From contig CAITUV010000048.1 in the NCBI GenBank assembly GCA_903895725.1, positions 8,474-72,473 on the forward strand: DNA of 64,000 bases, written 5' to 3'. Positions within the stretch are counted from its first letter, which is position 1, and each line of letters opens with the position of its first letter. The notes beneath the pieces are model-generated. The model was not told the DNA's origin, did not search any database, and saw only the letters and a list, made by a program, of their open reading frames with translations. This stretch comes from an uncultured Myxococcales bacterium (GTDB lineage: Bacteria > Myxococcota_A > UBA9042 > CAIXZC01). The translations under genes and the position numbers were made by a program. Positions 1 to 8,615 of the stretch are shown here, one piece after another.

Positions 1-3000
1 AGCAACGACGCTGCCAGACACGATGCCTCCACTGACAGGGAGTGGGCCGATGCCGAACTCGGGGATTCAGGCGGGGGGGATTCTGGGCCCGAGGATGCGG
101 GCCTCGCAGATTCCGGAGCAGGGGATTTCGCCTCTGAGGATCTGGGAATCGCTGATTCTGGCGTCGGGGATTTCGCCGCTGCGGATCCTGGCGTCCAGGA
201 TGAGGGTGGTGAGGACGTTGGCGTTGAGGATGCCGGCGTTGAGGATGCAGGGGTTGGGGATGCAGGGGGTGAGGATGCAGGGGTGGAGGACAGTGCGGTT
301 GAGGATGCAGGGGTTGAGGATGTGGCTCCCCCCCCGCCCGACCCGAACGTGCACGCGGCCCCGACTGGAGCAGGACAGGAGTGCTCTCTGGGCAATCCCT
401 GTGCACTGCTGAACGCCCGGGATCGGGCCCGGATGCTTCGGCAGTCGGGCGTGTCCGGCATCGTGGTGTGGCTCCATGGGGGGCGGTATGTCCTGGCGGC
501 ACCGTTGGAGCTGGGCGAGGAGGATTCTGGGTCTGCCGGCGAGCCGGCCCGTTTCGAAGCGTGGCCTGGAGACCCGGCAGGCATCCCCATCCTGTCCGGC
601 GGAACAAAGATTTCGGGGTGGAAGCTGGACGATCCGGGCAAGGGGCTCTGGCGGGCCAGCGTGCCGGCAGGGCTGAACACTCGCCAGCTCTTCGTGAACG
701 GAGTCCGTGCCGTGAGGGCCAGGGGCATGGAAGGTGCCGGGTTCACCGAGACTCCGACCGGCTACACCGGGGCGGCCGGTATGGCCGGCTGGCACAATCT
801 TTCCGACATTGAGATGGTCCACCTTAATTACTGGAAGTCATTCCGCTGTCCCATTGCATCGATTCAGGGCAACGACATCACGATGGCGCAGCCGTGCTGG
901 AGTTGCGCCCAGTTCCACCAGGGCTTCGACATGGGAGTGCCCTCCTGGGTGGAGAACGCATTCGAGCTGCTGGATACCGCCGGGGAGTGGTACCTGGACC
1001 GGTCGGAATCGGCCCTCTACTACCTGCCGAGGCCGGGAGAGAACCTGTCCACGGCGGATGTCGTGGTCCCGTTGCTCGAGCGGCTCGTGCACATTTCGGG
1101 TGGAGGTGGGAAGGCGCACCACATCAGGCTGCGCGGCATCGGATTCGCGCACACGACGTGGTTGCGCCCCGGCACGCCGGACGGCTACGCTGCGCTCCAG
1201 GCCGGCTACTTCCTGACCGCTCCCTCGTGGGGGGCGCTCGACCGGATTCCGGGGGCCGTGGTCGTCGAGAACGCAGACGACGTGGAGATCCTCGACTCGA
1301 CTTTCACCCGCCTGGGCACCACGGGGATCGAGGCCCGCCAGGCGTGCCACCGCATGCGGGTCGAGGGAAACCGGTTCGAAGACCTTTCGGGCGGTGCAGT
1401 CTATGTGGGCACCGTAGACCTCTCAAAGCTGCCGGATGATGCCAGCGCCTGCGTGGACACGGTCGTGCGAAACAACCAGGTCGCTTACACCGGCGTCGAA
1501 TTCCACGACAACGTGGGGCTCTTTGCCGGGTACACCGTGCGAACCCTCTTCGAGCACAATCGGCTGCACCACCTGCCGTATTCCGCCATGTCCGTTGGAT
1601 GGGGCTGGAGCACGAACCCCACGCTGGCCCGGGAGAACAAGGTCCGAGCCAACCAGGTCTCCTTCCCCATGCGACGCCTGGCGGACGGCGGCTGCATCTA
1701 CACCCTGTCCCGCCAGCCGGACTCGAGGATCGAGGCCAACTGGTTCCACGGCCAGGTGCACGACTTCGGTGCCGTCTACCTGGACCAGGGCACCATGGGG
1801 TACACGGTCTTTGACAACGTGGTTGCCTCGGCTCCCTACTGGTACCTGCTTCAGCCCGTGGTCCCCCCGCAGGCCCAGGAGAACACGGTCCAGCACAACG
1901 TGGCCGACAACAGCTCCTCCTACTGCTGTGGCGGCCTCGGCTGCTGCACGCAATGGAACACCGTCAATGACAACGAAGTGGTTGCCCCCGGTGCCTGGCC
2001 GGGATGGGCACGGCTCGTGATGGGCGATGCAGGGCTCGAGCCGGCATTTCGCTCCCTCGCCGGGAAGTCCGTCCGCGTCGAGGCGGAAGACTACGATCAC
2101 GGCGGAGAGGGAGTGGGGTACCACGACCTGACGGCCGGAAACGCGGGCGGTGCGCAACGGTACGACGCTGTGGATGTGTACCCGTCGCCATTCCGGTCGG
2201 GCGGATTCGTGGTTGGCTACACGCAGACGGGGGAGTGGCTGGCCTACGAGGTCGACGTTCCGTTTGCCGGCTGGTACGACCTTGCCTTCGAGGTGGGCAC
2301 GCAGTCTGCGGACTGTGCGATCACGGTCACGGTGGACGGGGGAGTGGCCGGCTCAGTCGCCTTGCCGAACACGGGGAGCTGGAATTCCTTCCAGACCGCG
2401 GTGCTCCAGGATGTTCCGCTCAACGCTGGCCCGCACCGGGTCGTCCTCTCGTTCCAGGGGGCGTTCAACATCGACGTGTTCACGCTGGGGCAGGTCGACC
2501 AGGGATGTGCAGTGCCGGGAACGCCGCCGGCACAAAACGTCCAGGGCGATTTCGACGGCGACGGGGCCCAGGATCTGCTCGGCGTCCAGCCCGGCTCGCT
2601 GTGCTGGGAGGTGAGCCTGGCGGGCAAGACCCCGAGCCCGTGGCTGCTGGGATGGGGAACCGCCACCGTGCTGGTCCCTGGCGACTTCTCGGGTGACGGG
2701 CGATCCGACGTGGTCCTGATCCTCCAGCAGTCGTTGACCTGGCACCTTGCCGTGTCCCAGGGGGGAGGGTTCATTCCCTTCTCGGATGCGTTGAAAGGGT
2801 GGGGGGGCGGTGCGGTCCACCTGGCCGCGGACGTGGATGGAGACGGAGACGACGATCTCGTGCTCGTGTGGAAGGACGGAGCTACCTGGCGCTGGCACGT
2901 GGCGCGCTCCGAGCGCACGCTGTTCACGCCGTATGCCGACGTGCTGAAGGGGGTGGCACCGGGGGACGCCGTGAACATCTGCGACCGGGACGCCGACGGA

Positions 3001-3102
3001 GCCGAGGAGATCGAGATGAAGACCGGCGGACAGTGGACCTGTGTGTCCCTCGATGCCGGTGCCTGGAAGCTGATCACGGAGCCCTGCTCACCGGTCTGCT
3101 GA
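1..3102 (+). CDS. 5'-truncated secreted carbohydrate-active protein: acidic pentapeptide linker, right-handed beta-helix (GH141-like) domain, CBM6-like module, FG-GAP/VCBS-like repeats
   Basis: Frame 1 is open from base 1 (SNDAARHDAS...) into the listed 283..3102 ORF, so the true start is upstream of the window. Motifs: VWLHGGRYVLAAPLELGEEDSG...ILSGG...RQLFVNGVRAVRAR (GH141-like), VEAEDYDHGGEGVGYHD...TGSWNSFQT (CBM6-like), GDFDGDG/GDFSGDGRSD/ADVDGDGDDD (FG-GAP-like). Confidence 0.8.
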   Translation, partial: SNDAARHDASTDREWADAELGDSGGGDSGPEDAGLADSGAGDFASEDLGIADSGVGDFAAADPGVQDEGGEDVGVEDAGVEDAGVGDAGGEDAGVEDSAVEDAGVEDVAPPPPDPNVHAAPTGAGQECSLGNPCALLNARDRARMLRQSGVSGIVVWLHGGRYVLAAPLELGEEDSGSAGEPARFEAWPGDPAGIPILSGGTKISGWKLDDPGKGLWRASVPAGLNTRQLFVNGVRAVRARGMEGAGFTETPTGYTGAAGMAGWHNLSDIEMVHLNYWKSFRCPIASIQGNDITMAQPCWSCAQFHQGFDMGVPSWVENAFELLDTAGEWYLDRSESALYYLPRPGENLSTADVVVPLLERLVHISGGGGKAHHIRLRGIGFAHTTWLRPGTPDGYAALQAGYFLTAPSWGALDRIPGAVVVENADDVEILDSTFTRLGTTGIEARQACHRMRVEGNRFEDLSGGAVYVGTVDLSKLPDDASACVDTVVRNNQVAYTGVEFHDNVGLFAGYTVRTLFEHNRLHHLPYSAMSVGWGWSTNPTLARENKVRANQVSFPMRRLADGGCIYTLSRQPDSRIEANWFHGQVHDFGAVYLDQGTMGYTVFDNVVASAPYWYLLQPVVPPQAQENTVQHNVADNSSSYCCGGLGCCTQWNTVNDNEVVAPGAWPGWARLVMGDAGLEPAFRSLAGKSVRVEAEDYDHGGEGVGYHDLTAGNAGGAQRYDAVDVYPSPFRSGGFVVGYTQTGEWLAYEVDVPFAGWYDLAFEVGTQSADCAITVTVDGGVAGSVALPNTGSWNSFQTAVLQDVPLNAGPHRVVLSFQGAFNIDVFTLGQVDQGCAVPGTPPAQNVQGDFDGDGAQDLLGVQPGSLCWEVSLAGKTPSPWLLGWGTATVLVPGDFSGDGRSDVVLILQQSLTWHLAVSQGGGFIPFSDALKGWGGGAVHLAADVDGDGDDDLVLVWKDGATWRWHVARSERTLFTPYADVLKGVAPGDAVNICDRDADGAEEIEMKTGGQWTCVSLDAGAWKLITEPCSPVC
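40..325 (+). repeat. 15-bp coding tandem repeat (xDxGx pentapeptide, EDAGV consensus)
   Basis: gaggatgcaggggtt-type units in frame 1, Asp at every fifth residue, most regular at about 210-325. Confidence 0.85.
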
Positions 3103-3120
3103 CGTCGCAACGTAGCGGCC

Positions 3121-3192
3121 GGGGCAGGTGCTCCCTGCCCTCGAGCCCGGGCCGGTCCCAATGCCTCTGCGGCGGGGCAGGTGCTCCCCGCC
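3121..3192. repeat. Duplicated GC-rich hairpin element (ggggcaggtgctccc x2)
   Basis: Copies at 3121-3135 and about 3174-3188, each within a stem (gggcag/ctgccc; ggcgggg/ccccgcc), just after the 3102 stop. Confidence 0.5.
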
Positions 3193-3245
3193 GGCGGAGC
3201 CGGGCGGACATCCAGCGGTCACGCACGCGGCCGCACACTGTGCCC

Positions 3246-3275
3246 TTGCGCGCGACTATGAAAAACGCGTAGACT
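3246..3275 (+). promoter_or_regulatory. Putative sigma70-like promoter for the 3335/8616 gene pair
   Basis: TTGCGC-N18-TAGACT about 60 bp upstream of ATG 3335; GGAG SD precedes the ATG. Confidence 0.35.
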
Positions 3276-3334
3276 CATCCACCAGGTGACTCCGGCCGGG
3301 AACGCTGAGAGCCGCCGGGAATGGAGAATCCGAC

Positions 3335-6300
3335 ATGAAGACGGTACGTGCAGCGCTTGCGCTCATCCTGCCTCTCGTGCTCGTGGCAGCCTGCTCGAGC
3401 AAAGGGGATCCCAAGGCCAAATTCAAGATCGTGTGTGAGCAGAACGGCCTGTGCGAGTGCGTTGAGAATGCCCAGTGTGCGGAGGGGGAGATCTGCTTCA
3501 ACGGGCACTGCGTGCCCTTGCCGGAGGTCACGCAGGACGTCGAGGGAACGGATCTGGGGCGCGTCGACGCAGAATCGGATGGCGGCCTGAAGCCGGGGGC
3601 GTTCAAGTCGCCGTGTGCCACGAACGAGGAATGCGATTCGGGCATCTGCATCGAGATCGCACCGGGGGTCCTCGTCTGCACGCAGCCGTGCGTGGACGAC
3701 TGCCCGGACGGCTGGGAATGCCGAGGGACGAGCCAGGACGACAACGTGGTCCAGTTCTACTGTCTGCCGAAGCAGGACCGGCTGTGTCAGCCGTGCAAGA
3801 CCGACGTGAGCTGCACGGGCACCAAGAACCTCTGCATCGAGATCGGTGGGCTGAACAACTGCGGTCGCGACTGCGCCGAAGTGGCGTGTCCCAACGGCTA
3901 TGTCTGCCAGGACGTGGTGAGCGTCGAGGGGGTCGAAGGCAAGCAGTGCGTGCCGGCAAACGGCCAGTGCCAGTGCACTCCGGAGACGGTGGGGAAGCAG
4001 TTCCAATGCGAGGTGGAGAACGAGCACGGAAGCTGCCCCGGGCTTCAGGTATGTCAGGAGGACGGGTCCCTGACCCCCTGCGATGGCGCCACGGCGGAAC
4101 CCGAGACATGTGATGGCGAGGACAACGACTGCGATGGGTTCGTGGACGAGGGGATCGAGCCCGTGGCGTGCTCCAAGGAGAACGAGAATGGTACGTGCAT
4201 GGGCTCGCAGGTCTGCCTTCCCGGACTGGGGGAAACATGCAAGGCGGCGGAGCCTTCCCCGGACATCTGCGACACGCTGGACAACGACTGTGACGGCAGC
4301 ACCGACGAGGATTTCCGAGACGAGCAGGGAAAGTACTTCCAGACGGAGAACTGCGGAAGCTGCGGCGTCAACTGCAACGGCATGTTCGCCCATGCCGTCG
4401 AGATCAAGTGCTCGATGGAATCGGAGCTGCCGGTCTGTGCAATCGCGAAGTGCGAACCGGGGTATCTCCTCGTGAGCGACACGCTCTGTCTGCCGGCAAT
4501 CCATCACCTCTGCGAGCCGTGCGTGGGCGACTCGGCCTGCGTCGGGCCGGCGGACAAGTGCATGGCCATGAGCCCCGTGGACACGCAGACGTTCTGCGGT
4601 CGGGATTGCTCTGCCGACAACCAGTACGGAGCCGGTTGTCCGGAAGGGTACTCGTGCAAGAAGGTCGAATCGGGCGGTGAGGAATTCGAGCAGTGCGTTC
4701 CGCTCAACGGAACGTGCGATTGCTCGGAGCTCAACGCCGGGCTGGCAAAGCCCTGCAACGTCGTGAACCAGAATGGAACCTGCTTCGGCGTGGCGGTCTG
4801 CGACGCGGCGCTGGGATGGACCGGCTGCACGGCACTGACGCCTCAGGCCGAGGAGTGTGATGGCAAGGACAACGACTGCGATGGCGTGATCGACGAGGAG
4901 CTCAGCGGGAACCCATGCGTGGTCACCAACGAGCTCGGCACGTGCAGTGGAACCGAGGTGTGCGGGGGAGCGCAGGGGCTGATGTGCTCGGCACCCTCTC
5001 CCCAGCTGGACGTATGCGACGGCAAGGACAACGACTGTGACGGAGCGATCGACGAGGATTTCGCCACCAACGTCGTGGACGATGCCGGCGATCTCGTGGC
5101 CCTGGTCTACGACCTGTCGAACGAGCATTGCGGCGCGTGCGGGATTCCGTGTCTGGCCGTGCCGCCGGCGGCCAAGGCCGAATGCTCGGCCGACGGTCTC
5201 GATGCACTCTGCATGGTGGTGGAGTGCCAGGAGGGCTACTATCCGTCGAGTGCCAACAGCTGCCTCCACATCCCGGCATCCAACCTCTGTCTTCCCTGCC
5301 AGCAGGACACGGACTGCCTTGGTCCGAACGACCATTGCCTCTCCTACCCGGAGGGTACGTTCTGCGGCAGGGACTGCTCGGTCGGCAGCATCTATGGCGA
5401 TGCGGACGGTCCCTGCTCCGGAGAGGAAGGGGTCCAGGGATGCTGCCCTGCGGGATACCTCTGCACGGCCGGTCAGTGCCTGCGCGAGTCGCTGTCGTGC
5501 GACTGTAGCGCGGACGGCAAGGTGAAGCTGTGCGACAATGCCAATGCGGAGGGCACGTGCATCGGCGTCAGGACCTGCGTGGTCTCGGGGCCCGATGCGG
5601 GATGGCAGCCGTGCAGCGCCGCCACGCCCCAGCCCGAGGTTTGCGACGGCAAGGACAACGACTGTGATGGGCTCTTCGACATGATCGACCCATCGATCGA
5701 CGTGGCCGGTCTTGCCGGCTACCCCGACTGCTTCAATGTGAGCGAGGCCTGTCCGGGCAAGTGGACCTGCCTCCAGGCGGGCGGGAAGTTCGAGTGGGTC
5801 TGCTCCGCCCCGGAGCCTTCCAATGAGCTCTGCAACGGGCTGGACGATGACTGCGACGGTGCGGTGGACGAAGATTTCAAGGACGAAGCCGGTGTGTTCT
5901 CCCTGCTCGGCCATTGCGGACAATGCGGCCTGGATTGCGCCTCGGCCGTCGCCCACCTGGCCAAGGGGCAGGACGGGAGCGTGCTGCCCGGAGCCGTGAC
6001 GTGCACCGCCATCGGCGGTCAACAGGGCTGCCGGCCCAAGGCCTGTGAGCCCGGGTATTACCTGTTCCCGACGCCGGAAGCGGCAACGGTCTGCTTCCAG
6101 TTGGAGGCGGCCAGCTGCCAGCCATGCGCCCAGGCGACCGATTGCCCGGGGGCCGGCCATGCCTGTGCTTCGGTCGGAGAGGATGCCGGGGCCTATTGCC
6201 TGCAGCGGTGCGATGCCGGATCCCCCTTCCCTGGGTGTACCGGCGAGGAGGGGAAGCAGGGCTGCTGCCCGGCCGGGTTCCTTTGCAGCGAGGTCGGCGG

Positions 6301-8614
6301 CATGCCTCAAGGCCAGGCCTACTGCCTGCCGGTGAGCGGTACCTGCCAGTGCAACGGGCCGAACGTGGGGTTGCAGCGTCCCTGCACGGTGAGCGCGGAT
6401 GGTGGCCTGACTACGTGCTTCGGTATTGCCGAGTGTGCGGACAAGGGAGGAGGCGACATCTCCTGGGGACCTTGTGACACGTCCGCCAACGTCGAGGTTT
6501 GCGACGGCAAGGACAACGACTGCGACGGCGTGGCTGATGACGGCTTCAAGGTCAACGGAAAGTATGCCGGCGACGGCAATTGCGGGCAGTGCGGCAAGAA
6601 CTGCGCTCTGAAATGGAGCGCGCAGAAGCAGCATGCCACTGGCAAGTGCGATGCGATGCTGCCCGGCGGACCGGACTGCGTCCTCGGCTCCTGCACCTTC
6701 GACCTGGTCGGCGGCGGGAAGCTCTGTCTCTCGGATGCCGACTGCGTGGGAGACACGGCGGGTCCGACCTGTCTACCCCAGCTTTTCCAGTGCGGCCGCA
6801 CGTGCACCGGCGATGCCGAATGTGCCGGAGGGGCCTGCATCGGGGGCTGGTGCAGCCCCGCATGCGTGAACACTGCCGCCTGCCAGGCGAAGTTCGGAGC
6901 GTGGTCCTTCTGCCAGCAGGGGCATTGCGTGACCAAGCACCAGTATTTCGACCTGGACGGCTGGACCGGGAACGGTTGCGAATGCCCCGCCATGGCCGGC
7001 CTGACTCTGGATGAGCCGGAGGTGATGCTTACCTATCCCCTCCCGGGTGACAGCTACGTGGACCGGAACTGCGATGGGGTGGACGGGGATGTGGCAACGG
7101 CCCTGTTCGTGGCCGAGGGGGGAGCCGGAGACGGAAGCCGATGGGCTCCGTTCGGCAGCATCCAGAAGGCCATCGACGCGTTCAAGGTCGGCGTTCACAG
7201 CCACATCCTGGTGGCTGCCGGGGCCTATGAAGAGCGGCTCGTTCTCAAGAACGGCGTGAAGATTTTCGGGGGGTACAGCGACGACTTCTCCACTCGGGAC
7301 ATCGTGCTCCTGCCCACCGTGGTTACCGGCCCTGCACCGGATTTCGGCCAGGGTGCGGTCAAGCCGGGGACGGTGTATGCGTCGGCAATCACTCAGGAGA
7401 CGGTGGTGGCCGGGTTGACCATCCTTGGCTACGACGTGCCGCCTGGCGGGACCTCGTCAGGAATGGCCTCCTACGCAGTCTTCATCGAAGGGTCCTCCTC
7501 CGCTCTCCGGCTCCAGAACAACTGGCTGGTCGGAGGTCAGGGCGGTGCGGGAAAGCCGGGAGGCAGCGGACATTCCGGGACCCCCGGCGGGAGCGGTGCG
7601 GTCGGAGCGGCCTCGGCCGAGTGCCTCCCCGGTCCGCTGTGCACGGGGGCGTGCAACAACCTGACGTGCACGGGGTACCTGAAGGCCGGCGGGGCCGGAG
7701 GAACCAACACCGAATGTGCCGCCTCGGTCGGATGTGCAGGCATGGAAGCGGAAGGTGGGGAGAACCCGCAGGTGAAGGATGCGCCGGCACCGGGCTGTAC
7801 GTATGCATCGGGCGGCCAGCAGGCAACCTACGGGGGGGGGCCGGCGAACCTGTGCAAGTATGACTGCACGGTGAGCACGACCATGGTCGGTCCCGGCGGA
7901 GGCGACGGGACGAGCGGCGCCGGGGGGACCGGGGGAAGCGGATGCTCCAGCCCGTTCGGAACGGCGGCCGTTGGCCAGTGGCAGGCCGGGAGCGGGGCCG
8001 TGGGCACGGCGGGAGGGGCCGGGACCGGGGGACAAGGCGGATCGGCCGGCTCGACGGTCGTGAACACCAAGGCCGGGACCTGCACCGTGGGGAACTATGC
8101 CGGCGACCTCGGGGGAAGCGGTGGCGGAGGCGGGGCGGGTGGGTGCGGTGGCTCTGGCGGCCTCAACGGCCAGTCAGGCGGTGCCAGCATGGTGGTCTTC
8201 CTCGCATCCGGAGCCGCAGGGAGCTTCGCCAAGGTGACGGGCAACCTGGTCACTCGGGGGCTCGGTGGGGCCGGCGGCAGCGGCGGTAACGGCGGCAGCG
8301 GCGGAAAGGGTGGAAGCGGCGGCATCGGCGGCACTTCGGGCTGGCCGGCCTGGTGCGCGGGCACGGGCGGTACCGGTGGTCGCGGAGGCGACGGCGCTCC
8401 GGGAGGAGGAGGCGGAGGAGGGTGTGGCGGCCCCTCCATCGGAATCGCCGTCGTCGGCGGCAGCACGGCAGCCTACCTCGCGGAGAACTCGTTCACCCTG
8501 AGCGATTCCACGGCGACCGGCGGTCCCGCAGGCAGCGGCGGAATGAGCGCTGCCGACAATGGAGCGGGCAAGGCGGGAAGCCAGGGCGGAAGCCAGAACG
8601 TGAGGGGGTACTAG
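3335..8614 (+). CDS. Giant Cys-rich lipoprotein: MopE-type (DNDCDG) repeats, C-terminal DUF1565-like plus PE-PGRS-like Gly-rich region (paralog 1, 1759 aa)
   Basis: Signal peptide with lipobox LVAAC; many CDGxDNDCDGxxDE motifs; DRNCDGVDG...ALFV...PFGSIQKAI...GVKIFGGYS then Gly-rich tail. Confidence 0.85.
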   Translation: MKTVRAALALILPLVLVAACSSKGDPKAKFKIVCEQNGLCECVENAQCAEGEICFNGHCVPLPEVTQDVEGTDLGRVDAESDGGLKPGAFKSPCATNEECDSGICIEIAPGVLVCTQPCVDDCPDGWECRGTSQDDNVVQFYCLPKQDRLCQPCKTDVSCTGTKNLCIEIGGLNNCGRDCAEVACPNGYVCQDVVSVEGVEGKQCVPANGQCQCTPETVGKQFQCEVENEHGSCPGLQVCQEDGSLTPCDGATAEPETCDGEDNDCDGFVDEGIEPVACSKENENGTCMGSQVCLPGLGETCKAAEPSPDICDTLDNDCDGSTDEDFRDEQGKYFQTENCGSCGVNCNGMFAHAVEIKCSMESELPVCAIAKCEPGYLLVSDTLCLPAIHHLCEPCVGDSACVGPADKCMAMSPVDTQTFCGRDCSADNQYGAGCPEGYSCKKVESGGEEFEQCVPLNGTCDCSELNAGLAKPCNVVNQNGTCFGVAVCDAALGWTGCTALTPQAEECDGKDNDCDGVIDEELSGNPCVVTNELGTCSGTEVCGGAQGLMCSAPSPQLDVCDGKDNDCDGAIDEDFATNVVDDAGDLVALVYDLSNEHCGACGIPCLAVPPAAKAECSADGLDALCMVVECQEGYYPSSANSCLHIPASNLCLPCQQDTDCLGPNDHCLSYPEGTFCGRDCSVGSIYGDADGPCSGEEGVQGCCPAGYLCTAGQCLRESLSCDCSADGKVKLCDNANAEGTCIGVRTCVVSGPDAGWQPCSAATPQPEVCDGKDNDCDGLFDMIDPSIDVAGLAGYPDCFNVSEACPGKWTCLQAGGKFEWVCSAPEPSNELCNGLDDDCDGAVDEDFKDEAGVFSLLGHCGQCGLDCASAVAHLAKGQDGSVLPGAVTCTAIGGQQGCRPKACEPGYYLFPTPEAATVCFQLEAASCQPCAQATDCPGAGHACASVGEDAGAYCLQRCDAGSPFPGCTGEEGKQGCCPAGFLCSEVGGMPQGQAYCLPVSGTCQCNGPNVGLQRPCTVSADGGLTTCFGIAECADKGGGDISWGPCDTSANVEVCDGKDNDCDGVADDGFKVNGKYAGDGNCGQCGKNCALKWSAQKQHATGKCDAMLPGGPDCVLGSCTFDLVGGGKLCLSDADCVGDTAGPTCLPQLFQCGRTCTGDAECAGGACIGGWCSPACVNTAACQAKFGAWSFCQQGHCVTKHQYFDLDGWTGNGCECPAMAGLTLDEPEVMLTYPLPGDSYVDRNCDGVDGDVATALFVAEGGAGDGSRWAPFGSIQKAIDAFKVGVHSHILVAAGAYEERLVLKNGVKIFGGYSDDFSTRDIVLLPTVVTGPAPDFGQGAVKPGTVYASAITQETVVAGLTILGYDVPPGGTSSGMASYAVFIEGSSSALRLQNNWLVGGQGGAGKPGGSGHSGTPGGSGAVGAASAECLPGPLCTGACNNLTCTGYLKAGGAGGTNTECAASVGCAGMEAEGGENPQVKDAPAPGCTYASGGQQATYGGGPANLCKYDCTVSTTMVGPGGGDGTSGAGGTGGSGCSSPFGTAAVGQWQAGSGAVGTAGGAGTGGQGGSAGSTVVNTKAGTCTVGNYAGDLGGSGGGGGAGGCGGSGGLNGQSGGASMVVFLASGAAGSFAKVTGNLVTRGLGGAGGSGGNGGSGGKGGSGGIGGTSGWPAWCAGTGGTGGRGGDGAPGGGGGGGCGGPSIGIAVVGGSTAAYLAENSFTLSDSTATGGPAGSGGMSAADNGAGKAGSQGGSQNVRGY

Positions 8615-8615
8615 A

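Noticed and set aside
40-325. Short periodic repeats (also 62781-63190 and 51324-51763) considered as CRISPR arrays
   Set aside because: Periods are multiples of three, in frame within CDSs, with no unique spacers and no cas genes.
3275-6634. Very long antisense ORFs (also 9486-11243, 21154-23340, 29701-32268, 49485-52160, 52722-55922, 57340-59523, 59916-61802)
   Set aside because: They mirror real genes codon for codon. High GC3 removes antisense stops, and the translations show no domain motifs.
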